Shown: positions 23,338 to 36,290, counted from the first letter of the whole stretch. The stretch: 63,246 bases of DNA, filler included, from Octopus bimaculoides (GCF_001194135.2; 4 parts of 4 records of this genome joined end to end with filler, not necessarily neighbours in it); one strand, 5' to 3'. Numbers and translations: made by a program. Notes: generated from the sequence alone by a model not told the origin.

Positions 23338-24764
23338 NNNNNNNNNNNNNNNNNNNNNNNNNNNNNNNNNNNNNNNNNNNNNNNNNNNNNNNNNNNNNNN
23401 NNNNNNNNNNNNNNNNNNNNNNNNNNNNNNNNNNNNNNNNNNNNNNNNNNNNNNNNNNNNNNNNNNNNNNNNNNNNNNNNNNNNNNNNNNNNNNNNNNNN
23501 NNNNNNNNNNNNNNNNNNNNNNNNNNNNNNNNNNNNNNNNNNNNNNNNNNNNNNNNNNNNNNNNNNNNNNNNNNNNNNNNNNNNNNNNNNNNNNNNNNNN
23601 NNNNNNNNNNNNNNNNNNNNNNNNNNNNNNNNNNNNNNNNNNNNNNNNNNNNNNNNNNNNNNNNNNNNNNNNNNNNNNNNNNNNNNNNNNNNNNNNNNNN
23701 NNNNNNNNNNNNNNNNNNNNNNNNNNNNNNNNNNNNNNNNNNNNNNNNNNNNNNNNNNNNNNNNNNNNNNNNNNNNNNNNNNNNNNNNNNNNNNNNNNNN
23801 NNNNNNNNNNNNNNNNNNNNNNNNNNNNNNNNNNNNNNNNNNNNNNNNNNNNNNNNNNNNNNNNNNNNNNNNNNNNNNNNNNNNNNNNNNNNNNNNNNNN
23901 NNNNNNNNNNNNNNNNNNNNNNNNNNNNNNNNNNNNNNNNNNNNNNNNNNNNNNNNNNNNNNNNNNNNNNNNNNNNNNNNNNNNNNNNNNNNNNNNNNNN
24001 NNNNNNNNNNNNNNNNNNNNNNNNNNNNNNNNNNNNNNNNNNNNNNNNNNNNNNNNNNNNNNNNNNNNNNNNNNNNNNNNNNNNNNNNNNNNNNNNNNNN
24101 NNNNNNNNNNNNNNNNNNCACCACCATTTCTACCACCGCTATCACCACCACCACCACCAACTCCACCACCTTTGTGTCCCTCTTCCCACCCTTAATGCCA
24201 CCCCTTCCCTATTCTTTTATTCTTCTGTTCATTAATTAGTCTTCATTCAGAAGAAAGGGCACCAACACCACACACACACACACACACATATACATACACA
24301 TGCATGCGCACTCATTTAGATGCGTGCATGCACTCACAAACATGAGCACATATGCAGGCCAGCATATAGATGCATACACACACATGCACGCACATCGTGT
24401 GTTCACTCATACACACACATGCACAAATGTGTGCATACACACATGTGCACATGCACATGGCAGTGCACACATATCTGCAGGCATGCAAATGGACATGCAC
24501 ATATTTGCATACAAATATACATGCATACACATGCATGCACACACACACACATACACACACACTTGCATACATACATACATACATATATACACACACATTG
24601 TATATATGTATGTATAACCCTAGCCCTATCTCTCCCGTCCCATGTACCTTCGCTTTCCGCAATCATTACCCTAAAATACAAACCCATGACATAACAGCTT
24701 CTATGTGGTCTCTGAGCCTGCTAGAAACAACAGCCTAAAACAGTCTTGTCATTCTCATCAGGCA

Positions 24765-25020
24765 CAGGTGTAGATGTGTGGTAAGAAGCTGGCTTCCCAA
24801 CCACATTGTTCTGAGTTCAGTCCCACTGCGTGGCACCTTGGGCAAGTGTCTTCTATTACAGCCTCAGGTTGACCAAAGCCTTGTAAGTGGATTTGGTAGA
24901 CGGAAACTGAAAGAAGCCCATCATATATATATATATATGTCTGTGCGTCTTTGTGTTTGTCCCCTCGTCCCCTCGTCACCACTTGGCAACCGGTGTTGGC
25001 GTGTTTATGTCCCTGTAACT
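24765..25020 (+). mobile_element. Family-B SINE, 5' two-thirds
   Basis: gttcagtcccactgcgtggcaccttgggcaagtgtcttct...gtagacggaaactgaaagaagccc. Confidence 0.85.
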
Positions 25021-25149
25021 TAATACATACATACATGCATACATCTCTAGGCGTAATGAGCCACTAATGGAACACTTATGTAGCTCATCTAAAATAGTAG
25101 CCAAACTCCCTCAAATCATACACTTCTGTCTTAAAACAAGAAAGGACTC

Positions 25150-25860
25150 ATTAGAGAATGTAGTCCTAGATAGACTGTGTCTGAATAAAAGACAGGATGA
25201 TCACAGTTGTAACATCTTTGATTATAGTCCTGCTGGATCAGGTCTAACCTAGGGTTAAATAACAGCAAGGAAGGACACATTAGATAATGTAGTCCTAGAT
25301 AAACTATGTCAGGATAAAAGACCAATTTTGACCTGGGGCTAAACAAAGACAGCAACAATGAAGGATCTATTAGATAATGTAGTCCTAGATGCACTGTGTC
25401 AGCATAAAAGGCAGGATGGTCATTGAACCACTGGATCAATTTTGACCTGGGGCTAAACAACAACANNNNNNNNNNNNNNNNNNNNNNNNNNNNNNNNNNN
25501 NNNNNNNNNNNNNNNNNNNNNNNNNNNNNNNNNNNNNNNNNNNTAGATAATGTAGTCCTAGATGCACTGTGTCAGCATAAAAGGCAGGATGGTCATTGAA
25601 CCACTGGATCAATTTTGACCTGGGGCTAAACAACAACAATGGAGGATCTACTCCTAGATACACTGGTTTAAAATAGAAGACATGATGGTCACAGATGGAA
25701 CGTCTTTGATCATTGGGTCAGTTTTGACCAGTGGTTAAACAACATCAAGAAAGAACCAAGTTCTAGATATACTGTTTCAGAATAGAAGACATGATGGTCA
25801 AGGATGGCACATCTCTGGTCATAGGTCTGCTGGATTAGTAAACTGACCAGGGGCTAAACA
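25150..25860. repeat. Degenerate tandem array of about 90-130-bp units
   Basis: ttaga(t/g)aatgtagtcctagat at 25151, 25280, 25370 and about 25543; ttttgacctggggctaaacaa recurs. Confidence 0.8.
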
Positions 25861-26201
25861 ACAGCATATGCCACACCTACATTGCACCTCTCCAACCACC
25901 ACAATTTCGTAACCAAAACTACCTCCCCAACACACCAACACCACTAATGCTACATCCTAAACAGTGATGTATTAGAAGATTATTCCTCGCTTCACTAGAA
26001 AATGTGAATTCAGTGACTTTTGCCAGATTGTAAATCATAAAATATACAAGCATACGGGTTATATATATAGGGGTGTCTGTGTACAAGCACACACACACAC
26101 AGACACACATGCACACACACCTATATATGCATCTATGTATGTATCTATATATGTACATAAATATATGTAAATATATATACATATGTATATGTGTGTGTGT
26201 T

Positions 26202-26254
<53 letters not shown>

Positions 26255-26302
26255 CTAGATAGATATATAGACATAAATGTATGTACATATTCATATATGT
26301 GG

Positions 26303-26336
<34 letters not shown>

Positions 26337-26381
26337 GCATGTGTGTATGTATACATATGTGTATGTGTGTGTGTGTATCAT

Positions 26382-26660
26382 TGATGAATGTTCATTTTCC
26401 ATGCTGGCATGCGTTGGATGGTTTGACTGGCTATGGAGAGCCAGAAGGCTTGCACCAGGCTCCAATCTGATCTGGCAAACTTTCTACAGCTTGATGCCCT
26501 TCCTAACGCCAACCACTCCGACAGTGTAGTGGGTGCTTTTTACGTGCCACTGGCACAAGGGCCAGTCAGGTAGGCCTGGCTTCGATCACATTCAGATGGT
26601 GGTTTTTACATGCCACCAGCACAAGAGCCAGTCATGGGGTACTCGCATCGGCCATGATCG
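26382..26660 (-). mobile_element. RTE 3' UTR (family E)
   Basis: ttttccatgctggcatgcgttgg...gatgcccttcctaacgccaacc. Confidence 0.8.
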
Positions 26661-26690
26661 GTTGGTGCTTTTTATATAAATGTATGTGTG

Positions 26691-26729
<39 letters not shown>

Positions 26730-26737
<8 letters not shown>

Positions 26738-27100
26738 CGTGAAATCTGATTGTGGTCGATGCCAGGTCTGCTTGACTGGCTCCTGTGCTGGTGGCACGTA
26801 AAAAGCACCAACTGAATGTGCCTGATGCCAGTAGCCCCTGACTGGCCCCTGTGCCGGTGGCATGTAAAAAGCACTATCTGAACATGATTGTTACCAGGTC
26901 CACCTTACTGGCTCCTGTGCCAATGGCACATAAAAAGAACCCACTACATTCTCGGAGTGGTTGGTGTTAGGAAGGGCATCCAGCTGTAGAAACTCTGCCA
27001 GATCAGATTGGAGCCTGGTGCAGCCATCTGGTTCGCCAGTCCTCAGTCAAATCGTCCAACCCATGCTAGCATGGAAAGCGGACGTTAAACGATGATGATG
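26730..27100 (+). mobile_element. RTE 3' UTR (family E) with (ATG)n tail
   Basis: Ends catggaaagcggacgttaaacgatgatgatg. Confidence 0.85.
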
Positions 27101-27339
27101 AGCATGTCTAGATATGCAACTATATGCATGAGAATACATACATAAAACATAACATACAAATCTACACATATACATACATATATACATACATACAAACAAA
27201 AATACCCTGTTGTTGATGTTGAAAATCCAATGAAGGAGCTTTGGATATAGGTTAGAAACCGGTTCTTTCTCTGTTGGCAAGAAATCTTGAAATAAACTGA
27301 ATAATGACATACATGCATACGATGATTACATAGAAATGT

Positions 27340-27342
27340 AGG

Positions 27343-27399
<57 letters not shown>

Positions 27400-27499
27400 G
27401 GATGGATGGATAGATAGATAGATAGATGGATAGATAGACCAATAGACAGCCAGATAAATAGATTGATTGATAGATAGAAAGAAAGAAAGATAGGTAGAC

Positions 27500-27530
<31 letters not shown>

Positions 27531-27586
27531 TAGATCGTTAGATAGATAGACAGACACAGAGAGAGACAGACAGACAGACAGACAGA

Positions 27587-27622
<36 letters not shown>

Positions 27623-27672
27623 TAGATAGACAGATAATCATAGAGATAGATATATAAATGGACAGATAGACA
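27340..27672. repeat. (GATA)n/(GACA)n microsatellite
   Basis: Seen directly. Confidence 0.95.
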
Positions 27673-28086
27673 AAGAAGCTATTTATCAAAAAAAGGGCCT
27701 TTTTCCTTTCCTCTTTTTGTTATTTTTCATCCTGTAGAAAATTCTGTTGTAATTTATTACGGACAAACACTTTATTAAAAGCAACACTTTATTAATGGTC
27801 CTAATCAAGACAAGGAATCGTCCGTCGAGATTAATCATTACATAAGGGTTGAGAGGAGTGGGACGAGGATCTCTCTTTGCCTTTTCCACACACCCCTCCC
27901 ATCACCACCACGCCCCTTTCTGCATCATTCCAACTGGGACTCTTTTGCCCCTTTTATTCCATCTCTCTCCCTCTTCATCTCTGTCATTCTCCATCTCTCT
28001 TTGTATATATACATACATACATACACATATACACACATGATATTTTTCATTTGTTTTCTTCCTTCTGTCTTCATAGTTTTGTTAAT

Positions 28087-28428
28087 CATCTTCTTCTTCC
28101 ATTCTTCTTCTTCTTCCATTCTTCTTCTTCTTCCATTCTTCTTCTTCTTCTTCTTCCATTCTTCTTCTTCTTCCATTCTTCTTCTTCTTCCATTCTTCTT
28201 CTTCTTCTTCTTCTTCTTCTTCCATTCTTCCTCTTCTTCCATTCTTCTTCTTCTTCTTCCATTCTTCTTCTTCCATTCTTCTTCTTCCTCTTCTTCCATT
28301 CTTCTTCTTCTTCCTCTTCTTCCATTCTTCTTCTTCTTCTTCTTCTTCTTCTTCTTCCATTCTTCTTCTTCTTCTTCCATTCTTCTTCCATTCTTCTTCT
28401 TCCTCTTCTTCTTCTTCTTCTTCCATTC
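28087..28428. repeat. (TTC)n tract interrupted by CCATT; almost pure pyrimidine strand
   Basis: Seen directly. Confidence 0.95.
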
Positions 28429-28865
28429 TTACTTTTGTTGTAACCCTGCCACTCCTACCTTTGTATTGTCCCTACTTCATATGTCTTGCCCCTCCCATTT
28501 TCCTTACTTTCACTTTCATTTTCTAAAATTCAATGCTGCTAATTTCCAACTCAATCTGCTAAACATACCAGCAAACTATCCTTCCTACATCAAACTCAAG
28601 GATGTTCCACTATGTCAAGGGCTGGAGGGTAATTGCAGTAATTGTTCTAAGCTCTGTGTAGAGGTCAACTTTGCCTTTCACTCTTCCAGGGTTTGATAAG
28701 TATAATGGCAGTCCTCAATCACAGGTTTGCAGAAATGTTAGAGCATCAGAATGGACACTTTGAAATGACTATTCTGGATCTCTGGAGGCTGAGTTCAAAT
28801 CCTGCTGTGGTCAGTGTTCTCTTTTGTTCTCCTAGGGTCTGATAAATATAATGTTAGCCCCTGCT

Positions 28866-29502
28866 GTGATTGAGAAGACCCGGCAAGTAAAGTGAGATCA
28901 CAGCCGTAGCCTACACCAGTGTCACATAACCAGCCCGTTTAAAAAGTACCTTTGAATCGTTGGGCGACATGCCGTGCTTGAGGAGACTTATTGAGTCAGG
29001 TAAATCAAAAATCAAAACTCAAAAATCGAATCAAATGGAAATTGTAGTTGTGGCTGATGCCAGTGCCGCCTGACTGGCCCCCATGCTGGTGGAATGCAAT
29101 AAGCACCATTCATGCGTGGGTCATTGCCAGTGCTGCCTAACTGGCTCTCTGTGATGGTGCCACATAAAAAGCACTATCCGAATGTGGTCAATGCCAGGCC
29201 CCCTGCCCCAACCGGGTCCTGTGCTGGTAGCACATAAAAAGCACCATCCGAACGTGGTCAATGCCAGTACTGCCTGACTACTGGCTCTTGTGCCAGTGGC
29301 ACGTAAAAAGCACCATCTGAATGCGGTTAATGCCAGTCTTCCCCTCCTGCCCCGACTGGCTCCTGTGCCAGTGGTTGGCGTTAGGAGGGCATCCAGCAGT
29401 AGAAACATTGCCAGATCAAATTGGAGTCTGGTGCAGCTCTCCGGCCTTGACAGTCCCCAGTCAAACCGTCCAACTCATGCCAGCATGGAAAACAGACGTT
29501 AA
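28866..29502 (+). mobile_element. Longest RTE 3' end in the window (ORF end + 3' UTR with internal tandem units)
   Basis: ttgagaagacccggcaagtaaagtga...several gtgccagtggcacgtaaaagcacca units...catggaaaacagacgttaaac. Confidence 0.75.
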
Positions 29503-29519
29503 ACAAATCTCCACTCAAG

Positions 29520-29897
29520 ATTTCATACTCATGCTTGCCCTCACATTTGTGCTTGCACTCACACATGCTCAACCTTGCTCTTGTGCTTGCACTCAAACTT
29601 GTGCCTGTCCTTGCCCTCACACTCGTGCCTGCACTCACATTTGTGCTTGCAATCACATATACACTCACACTCATGCTTGCACTCACTCTTTTGCTTGCAC
29701 TCGTACTCATGCTCATCCTTGCCCTTACCCTTGTGCTTGCACTCAAACTTGTGCTCATCCTTGTCCTTGCACTCACACTCATGCTCATCTTTGCTCTCGC
29801 AGTCCTGCTTCCACTCAAACTAGTGCTTGCCCTCGCACTCAAACTTGTGCTCATCCTTGCTCTTGATCTCACACTCATGCTTGCACTCACACTCAAG
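29520..29897. repeat. Minisatellite of about 18-bp units (CTTGCACTCACACTCATG) built from 6-mers
   Basis: Seen directly. Confidence 0.85.
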
Positions 29898-30463
29898 TCC
29901 CCCTTTGTCCAGCTGACTATGGATTGACGGTGTTGAGGACCATCCATGCTCACAACCACCGCTGCACCTCAATCTGTCTCTGACAACTATGAAAGGGGAT
30001 GAAAGGACGAAAGTAAGGGTGACCTCTGTGGGATTTGAACTCACAGCGCAGAGGTACGGAGCAAATGTCACCAGGTATTCTTTGCGATGTATTCTCATGA
30101 CTCAGTGACTCTTGACTCAGTGACTCTTGACTCTGTGTATGGAAGGACAAAGTATTAAAAGTATTGAAAAATTTGTTCATTGCATTATTATTATTACCAC
30201 CACCAAAACAATACCCCATACAGCAGCAGCACCACCACCACCACCACAACTATCACTACAACCTCAAACAGCATTACCACCATCACCACTAATACCAATA
30301 TCACCACCTCCACTACCACCACCTCTAACACCATCACTACTGCCACCACCACCACCAACACACTACCACCATGAATACCACTACAACCATCAACAACATT
30401 GTTCCATACAACAATATCAGTCTTCATATACCTCACCACTGCCACCACCACCATAACCACCAC

Positions 30464-30563
30464 NNNNNNNNNNNNNNNNNNNNNNNNNNNNNNNNNNNNN
30501 NNNNNNNTTAATTAATTAANNNNNNNNNNNNNNNNNNNNNNNNNNNNNNNNNNNNNNNNNNNN
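30464..30563. other. Artificial scaffold-join spacer (44 N + TTAATTAATTAA + 44 N)
   Basis: Identical 100-nt structure at 44073 and 58244. Confidence 0.95.
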
Positions 30564-30699
30564 ACACACACACACACACACATATATATCGACAGTCTAT
30601 AGAACCTACAAAACAGTGTTAATCATACAAAACTTTAGTCAGTAATGTTTATTTTTGAGAAAGAAATTTGTAACTTTATCTCAGAAGAGTCTATTTTCA

Positions 30700-31260
30700 A
30701 TAGATACATGAAAAATGCTGAACGATGGTCAGGGCACTAGTCGACTCCATCAATTGACTGTCGGAGATTACACCTCTATCTAAAACCAAGCTGACAACAG
30801 CTCACGCAAAGGAACAAGAGTGTTATCGTAATCGAAGTTAAAGACAGCCATCAGTACACTTTGTTACCAGAAGATCCTACCAGAATCACTCTGCGAAACA
30901 GAGAATTCCTCTGTAAATATTCACAAATCAAATCCATCGCTCGCCATTAAACATTACCTCCTTACACTATGTAATGCAACTAATATTAATAACATCTACA
31001 ACCTCAACAAATCCCAATAATTACAGTGCACAATATCAGTCACCAAAAGCTCTCACAGCTTCGATAAAAATTCATGCACTAAATAATTCACCTTCCTTAT
31101 CACGTGATCTGACCATTACATCGTCACCAACAGTCAAGCCCAGCTCTTGAATATACTTCGTTGGACTGTCAACATCGAGTCTCCTGTACTGAAAGAAACC
31201 GATTGCAATACAGGCCGCCCTGCAAGGCTTCTAACTTCAAGAATAACAGGTTGCTTATTT
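30700..31260 (+). mobile_element. Decayed Gypsy-type LTR retrotransposon, integrase C-terminal region
   Basis: RYMKNAERWSGH...LTVGDY...NQ...IVIEVKDSHQY...RITLRNREFLCKY at 30702-30920, with frameshifts and stops. Confidence 0.65.
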
Positions 31261-31569
31261 CATTCATCTTTTACAAGAGTTTTGAGAAGATTAGAGAAAT
31301 ATCTCCATGTTCCTCCTAATTATTGATTGAATACTTTAATTGTTGTTACTAAGTGCATACCATGTAATTACTTGTATCCCTTTATTACTATAATGATTAG
31401 TATCATTTATCAATAATATTGTTTCCTTCTTTCAGATCCACTCTGGTCGTTGTCATGATACACATAAGGTTTCTTTATGTGTATCACAAATTTAAATTTA
31501 TGTAATTTAACAGAAGCTTTGTATAACACGTGTCACGTGCAGAAGATGATATGCACAGCATTTCTAACA

Positions 31570-31815
31570 CCCAGCTTCTGATCACAGAATACTATAGAGA
31601 CTATAACACCCGACTCTTGATAACAATAACACAGTAAAAAGTACAGTACAGTAAAGAACCATGAAATTATAATAACCAGCTTCTGATCACAAAACTACTG
31701 TAGAGACTACGGTAGCCAGCTGTTGATCATAAAGCGCTGTAGAGACCATGACAACTAGCTCTTGATTATAAAACAATGTAGAAAATATGGCGTCAGCTCC
31801 TGATCACAAGAATAC
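31570..31815. repeat. Degenerate tandem repeat of about 38-40 bp
   Basis: cagcttctgatcaca...tagagac motif recurs about 5 times. Confidence 0.65.
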
Positions 31816-32339
31816 TTTAAAGGTTCAACCAGACATACAAATTGTATAAGTCGCTGAATTTTCCATGTTACCATTTTGTTATTTGTTCCTCGTTTTAAAT
31901 AAAATTTTCTGGTTAAAGTTTCTAAATATCAATGCTACCACCAACAACAACGACCAAAAATGAGAATCCCGACTAAGTGATTCATGTCAGTTAGTCTCCC
32001 GACTCATAATGTCGTTTCCTCACCTACCTTTACTATAGCCATAACAACAGCTTCTGTTCTTCCGAGCTGACTGGCCTTGTTCCATCCTCACTCATTTATC
32101 TCTCTTTCTCTCGCCACTTATATTTTGCTCACATCCCACTCTCACCAAAATGCCTTCATTGAACACCAGTTCTCTCAATTATCTCACAGCTACAGATTAC
32201 TCCTGCAATCATCAACTTGCATTAGTTCAAGAAGACCGTTAAAGACACTAATCACACCAGTCTCGAGCGCCTATGAAGGCCAGCACTGACTATTTCATGT
32301 CTGCAGCTAAAGAACTTGTTGCAAAAATTATGCAAAGAT

Positions 32340-33290
32340 TATTTGCTGTGATATTCTCTGCCAACAAAAAACTCTGGACCAAAAATCCTCGCTCTAGTGT
32401 AGAAGGTATGACCCCCACCCACCAGAAAGACCCCAACACACCCTGAAATGCCTTAAATACCATCATCTGGAAAACTGAAGATAGTGATTGGAGATTACAG
32501 TAGCCACAGCACGCAAAGAGGTTAGGCTAACAAGAACCCAGATGAAGATGCAGTTGAAGTTTGGACTGAAAACACAGCTTAGTCTGATCCGCGTGCCAAA
32601 CAAAGTAATTAAAAAGTGGGTGATGGATAGTAGGTGATCGACCTTACCGAGGACAATATGAAAAAGGCACAGAATCAGATATCGCGTTTGTCAACCTTAA
32701 GACCATCGAATTTAGCAAGAAACTGGGCTTGGAATCACTGCAAAGAACCGAACATCATCCTATTGGCATTACAATCGATGCTCCAAGCCACAGTTCCACT
32801 CGAAAGAAGATTCAACGTTAGGAAAGCGAACTGGCCTAGCTTCCAAGAAGATCTAGAATAGAAGATCGTCTGCTTCCCAATGGATTCTAAGTAGCTCGCA
32901 AAAACACCCCAAGAGGGAGCCGCACTCAATACATCTAACTGTATGAATAGTACCAACAGCTCTATGACTCATACTCCTTCGTTGAAAGTACCAGCGAGGT
33001 AGGTGAAAAGACTAGAGGTCTCCTTTTCAGAACATCGACAGTAAAAGCAGCAAAACCATATGGAGCCTCATCAATTAATGTCAGCAACGATTCATAAGCC
33101 CCAACACGACAGCTATGTACCACCATCGGAATCCAGAGAAAGTCCACAACTAAACAGCCAAGGCCAAAGATAGATAAGTCAAAGCCCTTTCAAACTTTCA
33201 AACTGTCTAAGATGTTCTCTCTTGGAGAGCTTAAAATCAGCATCATCACCCTTAAAGCCGGTAAAGCCACCAGACTAAATAGCATTTTTC
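32340..33290 (+). mobile_element. Decayed APE-RT LINE (I-group, Ingi/Vingi-like), endonuclease to start of RT
   Basis: DILCQQK..., RRFNVRKANWPSF..., ELKISIITLKAGKATRLNSI; many stops. Confidence 0.6.
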
Positions 33291-33569
33291 ACGGAAGAGT
33301 TCAAGGGATTTGGATCTTTTACACGAAAGTGGATCCTTGAGCTAATCAGCACCATTTGTTGAGCGGTAAGAGATAACCACAAACAAAAGACACACACACA
33401 CAAACACGCGCGCGCGCGCGCATGTACACACATCTTCCTTCTCTCTTTGGCTGTTACGTGTAATCGGATATGACTTTGTAGCATGAGATGTCTATTTCTA
33501 ATATGGTGAGGAAATTTAACAACGATGTTTTGCTCTTTTATGGGATTGTATTGATTCAGCATGGACTGT

Positions 33570-35190
33570 AGGAATTATAGAACGTTGTTGGTAGTTCGGG
33601 TGTAGTGGATCTAGCTCTAGTCTTTTCTCTCTTTTCTTCCTATTGATTCATCCAATTTGATTCTGCACAATGATTCTTTTCTTCAAAACCTTCCGCCGTT
33701 GTCCGTATTCAGTCGCTCTCTTCTTTTCCCATGCAGTCACATTCATACTATCAGCTTCATTGAGATGATATCCTTGAAGCGGACTTTCGGGGGCCCTCTA
33801 CAGCGGCTTCCACACTTCATCTTTGTTGTAAACATGGACATAAGGATCCCAGGGTCTTTCGTACGAATTGTCCAATCCAGCGCAACTGTGGTTGCAGCTG
33901 ATAAATTCAATACTAGGCATATTTGCACACACACTGGGATCTCCTGGCTGGAGATGTGGTTTGCGCCAAGAAATCTTCCCGATAGATCATAACTGGTGAA
34001 ACTGGTAGCTCATCTGCCGACGATAAAGTGAGTAGATCTGATTAGAATACAACAGACAGGATAGCTTGCATTTTATCAGTGAGTAGCTATAATATGCGCT
34101 ACCAGGGACAGCCTTTGGGTTTGCCATCCCGCCTCCTATACAGGTTTATAGAGTAGACCCAAAAGAATGACCACATAAAAGTGTAACACGGAGTGAACTA
34201 CCTCACCGCCCGTACCCCTAGCTACGCTACTGCATTTTATCCGTTATTTCCACATCAATCACAGAGCTTACCAGAAATGACCGCAATCGGCTGTATGCCG
34301 TAATCCATAATTGTTGTCAGATATCAGGATGCCAAAATATGGAAACGTTTCCCCCACACTTACAGGCTGATTTCCAATCAGAATAGTCGGAGATTTTGTT
34401 CCAGCACTTCTGGTTTAGATTGGTACAGGATTTCAGTATTGATAAACCGAAAACTGACTGTCGCACGGTCAAAACCGTGCGTAATATTTTGGTTATCTTT
34501 TAGGGAGTGGGCCATTAAAGCTGAATCACTGGCGAAAAGAAGATCGCCAAATCCATATTTTGCGGCATCTTTTGTTGAAAGGGTAAATATATTCAACAAT
34601 CCACCCTTTACTCTTGTACGGATATATACACAACTTGCGAGTTCACTTGCCATCTTTTGAAGCACGACATCCGGAAATAGTGCAAATAGTGTTGGAGCGA
34701 GTGCACAGACCATGGTAACAAAAAGGGACGGTGAACTGTCGCTCCCACGAAAAAAACACTGGATATATGCCATCGTGAAATTTCTTCTCTTCCCACATAG
34801 TAAAATGCTTTGTAGAGCCAATGAATACGATGAAAAGTGAGCCGTGCTGTTTTACAAACTTTTCTTGAATCTTTTGTTTGTTAAAAATCATAGTTTGTGC
34901 TCCTGCATATATGCAATCCACATTAGCTTCGGGAAGAATTCGTTCGGATATGTTTTTGAAAATTCATGAGCAGTATTTTGCGAGACATTTTCCTCCAATT
35001 GATAAAAGAAATTCCTCGATAGTTTTTGCAATCTGATCAGTTACCCTTCACTTATAAATGGTGACTAATTTATGCACCTTTAAACTGTTGGGGGAAGTTG
35101 TTGCATTACCAGCATTGTCTGAAGAGCTGGAGAAGTCTAATGCATAATTCCTTCCTACCAGGTGAGTGGTGGTTTTTATCCGTCCGTTTA
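33570..35190 (-). mobile_element. Decayed RTE (BovB-like) LINE reverse transcriptase
   Basis: DCKNYRGIS, CALAPTLFALF, YIRTR...LLFASDSAL.AHS, and the C-terminal GSRCRGPPKVRFKD. Confidence 0.8.
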
Positions 35191-35881
35191 TCGGGACTTC
35201 CCCGGATAGAGGCAGGCGTTGGAACCCATAAACAGGACTGCCTGGTATTTTAAGCTAAATTTTGGGCAGTTAATACTCATGACCATTACATTCAAATTGC
35301 TAGAGTGCAGACATCCAGCAAGCAGATTCTTCCATTTTCTCAAACCTGCCACTCTGTAATTCATCTAAACTATCGCCACTGGCCTTTCCTTTTTGTGCAT
35401 CATGAATTTGCTACTGGTTTAGGTGCCTATGTAGACACAAGTAGTGGAACATCAAAGAAGAGAAGACTGCATCTATTTAGTCCATAGACAGAAGCAAGAA
35501 TTATCTGTCTTGTTATAGAGTATTTACAACTTTTATAAATCTAAGCGCTCACTCTTAAGTCACTGCACTCTGGTGAATGATGCTGCAGCCCTGAAGACGA
35601 CTCCTATCGCAATTCGGTGATATTCATACATACATAGATACACACACACACACACACACACACACACCACGCGCGCGCGCACACACACACACACACGCGC
35701 ACGCACGCACGCACGCACATATGTATGAAGAAGGTAGAAAAGTAACACACAAGATAGAAAATGCTAAAATAATTTTATCATAAAACACAATTTAGTACCG
35801 GTTTCCGTCATTTTAGACTTTTTCTACTAAGAGTAAAATAAGAAAAACTCTTAGTNNNNNNNNNNTCTTACAGAGTATACT

Positions 35882-36290
35882 CTTTTACTCTTTTACTTGT
35901 TTCAGTCATTTGACTGCGACCATGCTGGAGCACCGCCTTTAAAGTCGAGCAAATCGACCCCAGAGCTTATTCTTTGTAAGCCTAGTACTTATTCTGTCGG
36001 TCTCTTTTGCCGAACCGCTAAGTTACGGGGACGCAAACACACCAGCATCGGTTGTCAAGCGATGCTGGGGGACAAACAGACACACAAACAAACATATACA
36101 TACATATATATATATATACATATACGACGGGCTTCTTCCAGTTTCCGTCTACCAAATCCACTCACAAGGCTTTGGTCGGCCCGAGGCTATAGCAGAAAAC
36201 ACTTGCCCAAAGTGCCACGCAGTGGGACTGATCCCGGGACCATGTGGTTGGTAAGCAAGCTACTTACCACACAGCCACTACTGCGCCTAT
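35882..36290 (-). mobile_element. Best-preserved full-length family-B SINE (tRNA head, CORE-like domain, internal (TA)n, (AAAAGAGT)n tail)
   Basis: Reference copy for more than 15 fragments in the window; caccttgggcaagtg-like segment resembles the CORE domain. Confidence 0.9.

Noticed and set aside
6453-24239. Long ORFs of 200-400 aa in the track (also 46439-47581 and 60498-61143)
   Set aside because: They consist of N-gap X residues and dinucleotide or trinucleotide repeats; they are not coding.
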